From positions 2,356,001-2,420,000 of the forward strand of contig JAYWIR010000001.1 of assembly GCA_036172245.1 (NCBI GenBank): a stretch of DNA of 64,000 bases, given 5' to 3'. The notes beneath the pieces were generated by a model. It was not told the DNA's origin. It searched no databases and saw only the letters and a program-made list of their open reading frames with translations. Positions 1-11,558 of this stretch are shown one piece after another. The position numbers and the translations under genes are program-made. Numbering within the stretch: the first letter of the stretch is position 1; each line of letters starts with the position of its first letter. This stretch comes from Raillietiella orientalis (Eukaryota).

Positions 1-684
1 GCGAGGGCCGCACACGCATCGGGAGAAGTCCGAAGCAAAGGAGGACTCCCGCGATGAAGAACTGCCCCACGACGGGATGAGAGCCCTGGTCCCTGTCGCT
101 CCCTCTGTCTGCCGTTTCCTGTCCCGCTAACCAAACTGACTCTGGCGAAGGGGCGAGCAATAAACGTGCAATGAGCTCCTCAGTTCCGCCGAAGAATGCG
201 ATCCGATGGACCATTATGCTCTCGCGCATTCTTATCTCTTAAAGCTCCTGGCAACGGAGCTAAATCGCCACAGATGATTTATATTGAACCCGGGAGCATT
301 TGTATGCGTCTTCTCCTTGCGGGATCCGGCCTCTCCGCGAGCCAGTGAGTCCGGCGCTTTCCAGAAAAGCGGGATCGAGTGCTGCGGTTCAAGGGAAAGA
401 CCGCATCCCGGAAGGATCGGATGTACCCGTGGAACGACAAGGCCGCGCGCCGCCTCATCGGCGCCCCCCGTCCTTTCCTGTCACAGGCGCGGCGCCATGC
501 GGCCGCCTTTCCCGAAACCCTCTGGAAATGGGATCTGCCCCTCGGTCCGCATGTCTCAGGTGGGACCTCAGCGAAGGGCGAATGGAACGGTTCTTGCAGA
601 GAGGGGATTTCCGGGAAGGGAGTCGTCACCCCGCGGAAATTCGGGGAATGTGCTTGCTCCCTGCCGCTGCTAACGCGTTCAGGA

Positions 685-1055
685 TTGCCATTCGGATGCT
701 CCGGGAAATTTATTTATAAAGAAAATAAACATTTGCGATCTCTATGGTTGGACCGGTGGTCCAACCATAGAGATCATCAATCAATGCCCCCCGTTGCATC
801 AATGCCGGCTCCTCTTACTTCAATGGGAGCGTGAGTCTGCCCAAGAGCACTGGAAGCCACTGCAGGTCTTCCTTCGAAATACTCCAGCGCAAGAGTCCTC
901 GAGGTGGGCATTCGGGGTCCCAGAGTCCAAAATCCAGCCGTTGTCCACCTACTCAGTCCTCTTCTCCTGCCGGAGATTTCCATGGAGACCTCCCATCTGG
1001 ACGCAAGGCTGCTGCCCATGTATTGCCTCAGGGAGGGCAGCACTGCGGCAAGTGG
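685..1055 (-). mobile_element. 5'-truncated, internally deleted L1/Tx1-like LINE copy (element G)
   Basis: Flanked by an exact 11-bp TSD, CGCGTTCAGGA (674-684 and 1056-1066). Minus ORF 777..1043 aligns by eye with the ORF2 C-terminal region of the copy at 10.6-10.9 kb. Ends in the family 3' terminus (hairpin, AATAAA, ...TGGCAA). Confidence 0.8.
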
Positions 1056-2919
1056 CGCGTTCAGGAGAGCGCGAGCACCGCTGCAAAGTGGCTTCCACCT
1101 GCACGAATTCGGACGCCATCCACAGGGACGACGTGGCTCCTAGCTTCAGACTGTTCGTGACTGTCGACCGGTCGGCCAAAGCTTTTAGAGTTCTTGCATG
1201 TATGCGTGGCAACGGCGGACCCAAGGAGAGCAGGCGGCGCACCTTCGTGCCCTGAAAATGCTGAGCTCTTGACCTCGCTTTGTTGAAGCGATCTCACGAA
1301 GAGAACGGAATCTTCTTCAGCAAAAGGTCCATCACTCGATGGACGTGTTTCCTGCTCCTTCTTTCCGGAAACAGTTGCTCGTCATCTGCTGAGCTCTTGG
1401 GTCCCGCGCGCGGCAGGCACGCCATGGAATTAGGGTTTGGTGCCGCCATGCTGAGGTCATTCGGGTGAGGAAACTCTCGGGAAGGGCATCCGCGGATGCA
1501 GAAATCTGCAGACCGGAGCCCAAGCACATCTCAGAGATGGACCTTCTTCGCGGAGATCAGTCTGGCTGGGAGCATTTGGTCTTCGTAACTAACGAAGCTG
1601 ATGATCGTATTTGCATCTCCCGAAAGGCTGCGGAATGGAGTAACGGAATGCCAGTACCAACGAGGATGCTGCAAAGCGTTGACACAGAGGGCTCTTCATC
1701 TTCAGGTTATGCGCGAGAGGGACTCCTTCAGCTTCTGGACCATTGTTTCATGCACTTCGGTGGTAACTCTGGGTTACAGCGTCCCACTGAAAATTTTCGG
1801 CCTCAGTTTGAAGCAGGATGTCGGAAGGGAGGCGAAGTCGCACAGTAGTGCGCTCTTAGAGTGGAAGAAAGGACTGACGAGAGCATCTCCTTCGAATACC
1901 ACTGATGACGCTTCCCGTACGCGAAGACGTGGCGGATGAAAGCTCCCCCAAGAGAATCTGAAGATTTCCGCCTCTGCACTAGCAGAGAATGATGAACGAG
2001 CATCACCGAGAGAGCATCTCAGGTTCTCAACTGCCCCGAGGAGCCTGCTGCTTGTAACTCCGAGCGGAACGCTTGTCAAGCGGCGTCGATCGCTGTGCTG
2101 CGAACGCAGAGAAAGCGCCTCAGACTTGCGAACGAGGTCAGGGCCAGGGTCCGAGGCAATCGACATGAACAGGCGAGCTAATCGAGACGTGGGGAAGGGA
2201 ACCTTTTTCTTTCGATGAAGAGAGAGGGTGCGTCGCGCCCTCGGTGAAGAGGGAATGAGGGAGACGAGGGAAGCCGGAGGGTCCAGCGAAACGTTCCGGA
2301 CAGCGAGGTCTCGGCGAGCGAGCGGGAAGCCGACCTTTCGGTTTTCCTGCCCCACCCGTCTGCATTCATCCTCTTCTTCCACCCTCCTTCCAGAGACAAT
2401 GCCTTCCCGAAACGGGTGGAATCGTAAAGTGGCCTTCGTGAGCCTCCCAAGCCGCGACCTTGGAGATGCAGGAGCACCTTTTCCCCTCACGGCGCTCTGG
2501 ATGCATCCTGAGCAGCTGGAGTTTATAGGCTGCCTGCAGCACCCTCTGCAAACTCAGGGCGTCTCTCCTCAGGTGGAGGGAGGGGAGGATGACGAGTTGC
2601 TGAGGCATAGAGCGGCCGGAGCCCTCGCATGATTATCCGATCTCTCTGTCTCCTCATGGACTAACCACCAAACTTTTTCCCGATGATGGCCCACTGCCCG
2701 GCTCACGAGGGCTGTCCGGAAGGAAACGCCCCTTTTGGCCGACTAGAGGGGCAGCTGCTTCCGGTGAATGGCAGAAGAACAGACTCAACTCGAACCCGCA
2801 TTGGCTCATCTGCCTGAGAAGAACAAACGAAGATGCATCATCAACCATCTGCTGACGTTCGAAATCGAAAGGGTCCGAAACCCACTGTGGGTGGGTGGGG
2901 GGCTGGTGGGGACCTTCGA

Positions 2920-4085
2920 TTTTCATCCGGGATCGCCGGAGCGTTTATTGAAAATGATAAACTCTACAAAACGATAGAGCCGTTGGCCCTTTCAAGTCCT
3001 CGCATGCGCGCAGCTCGCCCCATGCCCGGTGCGCGGATCGGGATGCCTCGACAGCAGAGGGGCGGGGAAAGGAAAAAAAACAAAAAAATATATAAATATT
3101 TTTAAAGAGATCACAGCCAGGCCGTCCTCTGCATTCTACCCAGGATGCTGAGAAGTTCTTTACCGATTTTCTCCAGGTAAGGTCATCTCGTTGCCCTCCA
3201 CAAAAAGCAACGTAGGGCGGAGTAGATGGCGTTGTTGCGGGCCGCCACGGTCCCGCGTAGGCGACAAAACGCTTCTGAAAATGCGGCCGGCACATCCGTG
3301 CGCACAAAAATTGAGTATCCCTGGGGTTGCTGCAGGGGATTTAGAGGGTTGTCTCCCCACAATGGTCACAGGGTAACGCAGTCCACGAGCAGGCACGGGA
3401 GGGTTTCTGGCTTCCTACACCTGCTGCAGTTCGGGTCCATCCCTTCACCTCGGGTCCAGTGAGGGTGGCGCGTATCGCATGGAGATTCTAGTGCAACAAC
3501 GGAAGCGTCGACTCTCCCCTCCACTTGAGAGGGAGGGTGCGGTTGCTCAGGGGCAATGAGAGCCACTCGAGATGCCACACCAACGCGCAAGTCCCTACGG
3601 CTGGAGACTTGGAGTCTCAGCATCGGTCAGCTGACCTGTAGTCCAAACTGCGAGAGTCTTGCTTCTGGAGGAAATCTTGCAGAATTCTTTTCATTTGTTA
3701 AGATGCTTTCCTCAGAGAAGGCAGCGCCCACACACACGTGGCAGGATGCGCGACCTGACCTCCTGGAGCAAGCAGTTGCTGCAGACGGACTCCAGGAGTT
3801 CCTGCCGACACTCTGGGCTCGGCTCAATGATCTTCGCTCACGTGCACGCGGTTTCCTGCAGCCGGACACCGTTCTTTGCTGGGTGTTCTCCTTGGTCAGT
3901 GCAGCCACCTGCCGGAACTGAAGCTCCACTGGGATACGTTGCGGCGGCATCAGCAAGGGAAGAAGAGAGTCCCTCGCAGCCTGCGCTCGTCTGGCCAGGA
4001 TGCTTGTCGGCTCGCACCAATTGGCCGTCTTCGAAGGTCTGTGTGGGGAGCGGGCTAAGAGGGAGAGGAACAAAGTGCCTTCAAA
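2920..4085 (-). mobile_element. 5'-truncated L1/Tx1-like LINE copy (element E), ORF2 C-terminus with zf-RVT-like motif
   Basis: Minus-strand translation contains HWTRGEGMDPNCSRCRKPETLPCLLVDC (C-x2-C...L-x-D-C). The family 3' terminus AATAAAcgctccggcgatcccggatgaaaa lies at 2920-2951. No clear TSD, so the 5' boundary is approximate. Confidence 0.75.
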
Positions 4086-7000
4086 GATTTGTACCACCCT
4101 CCTCAGACCTTGAGGTCTTCCGTGCTCCGCTTTGGACTACTCGGACACCTAGCACGAGAGAGGTCAATATGCCGGTGGTCCCTTCCCGTGGCAGCTACAC
4201 TCCACTCGCGTCTTCCGTTTCCGCCGCGGCGGCTCAGAGAGGTAGAAGAGGTCAGCCCTCTCCTTTCGGAAGGCGTCATAAGGCAGGTGGGATGCTTCCA
4301 AGGTGCTCTCTCAACCTTCTCCTTTGGTCAGACGCGACTCCGGAGAGCGCATGCGTCCCTCGGCTCTTGACCGATCGGATAAAAATCGAGGTCGAGCGGA
4401 GCGGCTCGTGGCTGCTCGCTCGCGCGCTCTTCTCTGTCCGCTGAGACTCCCGCTTCCGGAGGACCGCGTTTTGGATCCGCCGGAGGGCTTAATGGCCCAC
4501 CGACCCAGCCAAAGTCGTGCGCACCGCACTCGTGCGAGTTCGGCAGGCGATCGACCCGTCCTGCGTGGTGCGTGTCGCTCGCGGGGCGTTCAAAAGCTCC
4601 TAGTCTCTCACCCCAAACGAGAAATGGCGCTGACTGCAGCCCCGGCTTGGCTCGACCGCGTGCTCTAGGCGCAGGGAACGCACCCGCACGAAAACGGAGC
4701 TCGTGATTCTGAAGGGATAAGGCAATCGAAGACTGCTCGTCCTTGGATCGGATCTCAGGACTGCGATCTGGCCATTCCGCTGGCGTCCCAAGATTTTTCC
4801 GCTTTAGCGCTAACTTTCCTGCAAACTTTCCCGGAGGACCGACAACGTTTCCCAGCCGGGTCCCCTATTCCTCTCGGACCCTAAAGTTTGCTCACTCATC
4901 CCTCAGAAATTTCCTCTAAAGAGAAAGAGGGATTCGTTGGTGGCGGTTAATAAAGCAGAAAGCGAGGAGCGATTAGAGAACTTCTGTCGAGTTGGCAAGG
5001 GGATTTGGGCGGCCTAAAGAGCAGATGCGAGTACCCGATTACCACTCTGAAAGGGAAGCATGGACTTTTCCCTTCCCACGAAAGAGGAAACTCCAACAGA
5101 GTGGGCGGCAACAATCGGCAGGACTCCTCTCCAAGGACAGCTTCCCGTTCCTATGCCTTCGTTCGTTCTTCACAAGAAGCCAGAGGGAGAGAGAATTCCG
5201 CGACCCGTCCAGAGCCGCGGGCGGAGCACACGCGGCGGGTGAGACTCCTCTTCGGAGAAGGCCCGAAAACCGAGCGACCACCCACGCGGTCAACCGCGTG
5301 GGTGGTCTTGCAGTCTCCTCGAACATGCACCGAGCTGATGCGTCAGTCCTTCCCACGATAGGACGCGTGTCATCACGAGCGAGAGAGCGCGTGCCGTCGT
5401 CGAGCTCTCTCACATGGGGTCGGCATGGCGGGAAGGAGAGGTCGGCGACACGCGAAGACCCGAGAGATATGGGGGAGGAGGAGAAGGAGGACGAGTGCTC
5501 TGTGAACCCGGAGCAGCGGCTCTGGGTCTTCCGGAAGAACACAGAAAGCTCTGCTTCTTGTTCCAGGTGGAGCCATCTCGCAGTATTCTCCAGGTTATGC
5601 CAGGGCATTTATTACCAACAACAATAAAAGTACATTGGTGTGGTAGAACCCTTGGTTCTACCACGTGCAACGAACCTGCCGAAGAGCGGTTCGCAGACCG
5701 GCGAAGTTCTCTTCGGCAGCGTGGGGGAAGGGAAAACAAAAACAAAAAAAATTAACAAAACAGAGGAGGGGAAATTATACATGTGGAGGGAGGGAGGGCT
5801 GAAGAAAGGATCACGGTATGCTTCCAGTCGCCCTCTGCATCCTGTTCACCTGATGCTGACAAGTTCTGTCCGGATAGTGACCAAGTGGGGTCATCTCGAG
5901 GCGGTTCTCAGGCAGATCCGCGCCTAGTGGATGGGATGTCCCTGCCACTTCGGCCCTCCTATCCCCGCGTTCCAGGTGCCCCGTTTCGCAGTGAGAAACT
6001 GCGAGGAACGCGGTTGGAGACAGTGTGGCACGCGCGAAGAAGCGCCTGCAGATGTCCCTGAGGCCACCCGTCGGGATTCCTAGGATTGTCCCGAGATCCC
6101 TAAGGGATCGGAGGGCAGCACAGTCCAACAGCAAGTGCGGGATGATCACCTTCTTCTCGCACCTGTCGCACTAAGCGTCCACGCTCCGCCCCTTACCCAG
6201 TGGTGACGGAGCGCTTTGCATAGGAGTGCCTCATGCAACACCAGCAAAACCGACTCCTGCTACATGAGGGGAGTGTTGCACTGTTCCAGCAAGCTGGAGA
6301 CCACTTCACCTCTTCCGGATGGATGCCGAGCAGCTCTCCTCAGCCTAGGATCCCTTGGAGCGCGACACTGGGAGTCGCAGCTGTCCGTCACTTCCCGAGC
6401 TGTCCATCAGCCCTAAAGTTTTGTCTTTGCTGCTGCGCGGCATGACATTTTCCACATTGCCGTGATTACACTGTCCCATGTGTCCCTTAGGGAGGGCAGC
6501 AGTGAAGTGGGGTGGACGAGGCACATCTCATCATTTGTGGGTTTCGGACCATTTGTTCCAACGATTTGCGAGTGTTGATATCTCGCTGCAGGCAGGCGTA
6601 CCCCAACTCGTTCGCGTCGTGAATAGCCCAGGAGGCCGACCCAGGAGAAGACTGACTCTTGGAGCCAGGCAGTGCATTTCGCGGGGCTTCAGGAAATCCT
6701 GGTGTTCTTCCCCACCAGGACAATTATCTGGCGAAGTTGGTACCCGCAACGTCTCAGCGATCTCTTGCGAGTGACCAGGAGAGATGAGAGTCCCTCCTAA
6801 CCGGTTGCGCTCTTCGCAAGGAGCTTTGCTGGCGCGTACCAAGACGTGGTCCTTAACTTTGCGGCGAGGACGAGTCTTCTGATTTGGAGCTGATGATCAT
6901 TCTCTCCAGCCTAAGGAGGTCCAGTTCGCCGTCCTTGTGCGGAGCACACAAGTCTTTGAGTCGGACTCTGGATCTCCCTGTGCCCCACAGGGCTTTTCTC

Positions 7001-7944
7001 TGGAGATCCTCAGTCTTCCTCTTGACATCAGGTGGGGCGGAACAAACAAAAAAGCAAGGGCGGAGGAGGGGAGCAGCAAACGAGTTCCATATCGCGCCCC
7101 ATTCCTGCAAGTGAAACTTGATGTTCTGCAGAGGGTCGGGCGCCATCTCTACCTTTTGGAGAAGGTCGGACCATGCTTCTGCTAGGCAGAAGTCTCCCAG
7201 CGGAACGTCAAGGAACTTCAGGTACCTGCCCGTGGGGATCCCCAAGCGAATCCAGTTTGACTGTCCGACCCACGGCGTGCCAGCTGCAGCGATAGGCGAC
7301 TTCGCCCTGTTCACCTCAAGGCCCGTCTTGCAGAGTAGCAGCTCGAAGAAGTCTTTGGGCGCGGACGCTGGGATGGACCCTGGGAGCAGCAGACGATCTT
7401 CTGCTGCAGACAATCTTTTGTTGCAGACACGAGTTCGGCAGGGTTTCCAGAGTCTCGCTGTATGCTCTCAGCATCAACTCGAAGGAGATGTTGAAGAGCA
7501 GGGGGTTCAGGCTATCACCCTGCCTTACGCCACGGCAAAACGGGCACGCCGTACATGTGCTGGCCGCTAAAACAGATGTTAATAAGCGCGAAGCTCCAGC
7601 AGGAGCGCAGGCAAGTCAGGAAGACGGTCGGGATCCCATGGGTTTCAGGAGCCTCCAGAAGTTCCTGGTCGACGTAGTCGAAAGCTTTGCGCAGATCGAC
7701 CGCGACCGCAAGGGCCCCAGACGCGTTTAATTCTTTATGACCTCTCCTTCCTGGTCAGGTTAGAATACAGGACTCTCCTGCCCCATTAGCACAACCCGCT
7801 GTAACAACTGCCCTCATGTGCGCGTGAGGAACATGTTGGCCTCCATGGTCCTTCCGGGAGCAGCGTACATCTGTTCCGGACTGATCACGGGTTCGGCCGC
7901 CCGCCCTAGTCGCTCCGCTCACAGTTTGGCTAGCAAGTTGGCAT

Positions 7945-9255
7945 GCCCCGCCAACTCCTCCGCATGGCTGGAGGAGACAACTGGCACGTGGGCGAAGATA
8001 AACGAGAAGAGCCACGAGAAGTGGAACTGCCTGCGTCACGGCGCCTACGCCCGCTGCACTCTGAGGAAGATACTGGAGTGTCCCGCAAGGAGCACGTGGG
8101 CAGAGACAACTCCCCTAGCTACGGCGATGCCCTTTCTGAGGAGGGCGCTCACCAACAGCCGCATGCCTAGGTGGCAAGTCTCCTGCCGTATCGCAGGCAG
8201 AGAGAAGCTGATGAGCGGCTAGACCATGGAGCAGCTGGCCGACGCCGCAACCCGAAGTGTCCTCCCGCGCGGATTAATGAGATGGGGCGAGCTGCTCGGC
8301 AGCCCGACGGATGATCTGAAGTGGCCCCCGGTATTCATCGGATCGAGGATCCTTCCCCTTAAGTGGCAGGAGTCGGCGCTTCTGCTGTTGCATTGGGGTC
8401 TACCCTGCAACGCACGCCGCTACCACTGGACACGGGGTCGAGTGAATCCCGCCTGCATCAGGTGCGGGGAGCGGGAACCCCTCTCCCACCTCCTGGTTGA
8501 TTGTGCTGCCCTCCGACTCCTGTGGGAGCGTCTTGGTACCTCCCTACGGATCCAGGTGGGCAGCCAGCCCAGAGACGTTTTTCGGCTTCTGTTCGTGCAG
8601 GATGCCCTGCGACCAGCCGCAGCTCTGGCAGCACTCTGCTGCGAGCGAGGGATTGTGACGTGCTGGAGCGACGTCAGAAGACCGAGCTACGATAGGGATG
8701 CCGTCGAATTTGCAATCCGCTACCTACGGATTGAGACCAGATAGCCCCACCTGGGAATTATACGGACGGACCTCGAGGGAATTCTAAAAAGGATGAACCC
8801 TCCTCGCAATAGACAGTGATCCCTTCCCCGCCCTCCCAAATCTTTTTGTTTTTCTGTTATATTTTTCTTTTTGTTTTTCTCCCCCATCCCCTTCCGCTGC
8901 CGAGGGGAGTCGCGCCGGTCTGCGTACCGGCGACCCGGCAGGTCCTGTTGTTTGTCACCCGGGTGCGCCGGGGCGTTTATTACTAAACTATCCGGGAACA
9001 GAGTTCCCGGACAAAGGACACAGAAGAGACGAAGGGGGGTGGATCCCCGACACGCAGGTCGGTATACCGAAAGTCCGGAACGGGAGGGAGGGGACCACAA
9101 ATACACTTATAAAAAAATAAAAATAAAGATACGGGAGGGTAGGGGACAGGGGTCTTTGGTACACGCAGGTCCTGTTGTGTTGGCCGTAGTGGGGCCTAGT
9201 ACCACAAATTATAGCGAATTCATAATAAACGCCCCGGCGTGACCGGGTGGCAACA
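7945..9255 (+). mobile_element. 5'-truncated L1/Tx1-like copy (element B) inserted into the RT domain of element A
   Basis: Exact 13-bp TSD, AGCAAGTTGGCAT (7932-7944 and 9256-9268). ORF 8226..8744 encodes LKWQESALLLLHWGLPC...CIRCGEREPLSHLLVDC (zf-RVT-like). The host RT reading resumes on either side of the insertion. Confidence 0.88.
8952..9164 (-). mobile_element. 213-bp 3'-UTR-only LINE fragment (element C) inserted into the 3' UTR of element B
   Basis: Exact 14-bp TSD, GCAGGTCCTGTTGT (8938-8951 and 9165-9178). Carries the hairpin TCCGGGAAC-AGA-GTTCCCGGA (8991-9011) and the terminus AATAAAcgccccggcgcacccgggtgacaa on the minus strand. Confidence 0.85.
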
Positions 9256-10142
9256 AGCAAGTTGGCATCCGCGTTCACTACAATGATCGGCCGCCAGTTG
9301 CCAACGTTGCTTAGGTCTCCTGTTTTCGGTAGGAGACGTACTCTTGCTGACCGGAATGAAGCGGGCACCTCGCCTCGTTCACGGATCAGAGTGCATAGCC
9401 GATGCACCAGGAGGACAAGCTCGGAGGCGAAGCCTTGATAGAACTCCGCAGGTAGGCCGTCCGCTCCTGTTACTTTCCTCCTCTTGAGCGTTCCGATGGA
9501 GGAGATGACCTCCGGATAATAAATAACCACACGGCAGCTTTTCGTTGTTCCGCTATGCGGCTTGTCACCGCTGCGTTCTGCGATTTTTTCTTTTTCTTGT
9601 GCCTTTTTCAGGACTTTCTTGCTTCTAACCACCTGCCACCCATCCTGACTGTCTCCTTCAACATTTTCAGCACGTTCGGCTGAGGTCGGAAAGGTAGCTT
9701 CGGCTGGTGGCGCGGAGGCAGTAGCTTTCGCGGCGGTTTTCGCAGCGAACTTTTTCAGCTGCACGCTTTTTGCCATTTTTGGCAGAGGCGACGCGGGCGA
9801 TACTCATTGGGCACACATTTCGGAATGACTCTGCATTGCTGGCACTAAATATTCGGGCACCTCCTTTTGAGGTGGCCCGAAGAATTACAAACCCCGCAGT
9901 ACTTGAGTTTCCCCACGTACCACAGGTCCACCTGTTCCCCGATGACCTGCAGCTGGTAGGGCAACCTACACTCCTCGCTCACGGTAGTTCTCGCTGTTGC
10001 GAGGCCACAAAGAAGCTCGTCGTGCTCCTAAAAGGGAGAGGGTGAACGCGTGCACCGTAACCGTGAACTTTGCTAATTCACTACGGACGGCCTCCTTGGT
10101 CATCCACAGAGTGATCCCACGAAGGTGGACCACCACTGAGCG

Positions 10143-11558
10143 GTCAAGAGACCACAACTCCTTGAGGTCCCGAATCCGCCTGAAGGACTTCTGCGCTCCG
10201 TGTCGCGATGGAGGCCTCGGTCTCATGACTCTGGAGCGGCTGCAGCTGCAGCTCCAGTAAGGGACACTTGCCCTAGCGGTGAAGCTGTGGAGCACCAAGT
10301 GATGCGAGTCTGCACGACACCTGGTTCAGCGAGCCAGTGGCTGCGTTTCCTAGCACGGCGCCAACGACTCTACTTATTCCATTGCGGACTGGAACTTCGG
10401 CGACTAGCCAAGCTGACCAGGACGAACCCCTGGATTTCCTGCCGACGCGCGGACGTACTGTCTGGTTACAGGAAACAATTCACATATGGGACCAGAACAA
10501 GGAAGCGAACCCGGAGTTGCGGCAACGACTGCCGGACTCCTTTTACAACAGCCGCTCGCTGCAGGACGTCATCGTGCAGCCCACCTCGCGTGCGTGGGCT
10601 GAAAGGACCTCCCTAGCTGCGGCTCTGTCTCATCTCAAAAAGCAGCTGGGCAGCAGTCAGCTGGCCAAATCTCGCAACGGGACTCATTAGGACACGTAAC
10701 TTGGACCACGGGCCAGCTAACTGACGCTGAGACCCCAAGTGCCCCACCGAAGGGAGTATTGCGCTGGAGCGAGCTGCTGAGAATCCCGCCCTAAGAACTC
10801 GAGTGGCCTCCAGCGCTGAAGAACAACCGTATCCTCCCCCCTGAAGTGGCAGGAGTCGGCATCTCTGATGTTGCACTAGGGTCTCCTCAGCAACGCCAGC
10901 CGATCTCACTGGATGAGGGGTGCTGTGAGCCCGAACTGCGTCAGCTGAGGGGTACGGGAAACCCTCCTGCACCTGCCTTTATACGGCACTTTGATCTTAG
11001 CCAAAAGGTCGAGAAGCGATGTATACTGTTTTGCCCTCCCGCCTCTGTTGTTGCATTCTGCAACGGCCCCAGGTGCACCAGTGAACGCTCCCAGAGACGT
11101 GTTCAAGAGTCTCTTTGTGCGTGAGGCCCTTTCGCCTGCCGCAGCCCTAGCAGCCCTTTGCTGCCTACTGGGATTGTGGCGGCCTGGAGCTACGGAAAAA
11201 GAGGACGGCATGACAAGGACGCCATCTGCTTTGTCCTGGGCTTCCTGACGAAGGCAGCCAGATGGCCCCATCTGGGGCATACGCAGATGGAACTTGCCGG
11301 CATCCTGGAAAGGATGTAGAGGACGGCCTCCAGAGGAATGTGATCCCTTCCCTTACCCTCCCTTTTTTGTTGTAAATGGTCTTTAATTTTAATTTTTAAT
11401 TTTGTTTGTCCCTTCCCCCTCCGCTGCCGAATGGAAACTCGTCCGCTTGTGTGCCGGTTACTCGACAAGTTCTGAACACTTTCGGGCGTTGTAGGGCCGA
11501 TGACCCTACACATGTTTGTTTATGCTAAAATAAACACCCCGGCGAACCCGGCTGTCAA
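10143..11558 (+). mobile_element. 5'-truncated L1/Tx1-like copy (element D) inserted into ORF1 of element A
   Basis: Exact 11-bp TSD, ACCACTGAGCG (10132-10142 and 11559-11569). Starts near RIRLKDFCAPCRDGGLGL and has zf-RVT remnants and the family 3' terminus (...cccggctgtcaa). The host ORF1 peptide DRSVV is duplicated at both junctions. Confidence 0.88.

Noticed and set aside
70-600. HDV-like ribozyme candidates (GCTAACCA near 126; GGCGAATGGAAC near 577)
   Set aside because: J4/2-like words are present, but P1/P2/P3 pairings and the L3 consensus could not be assembled.
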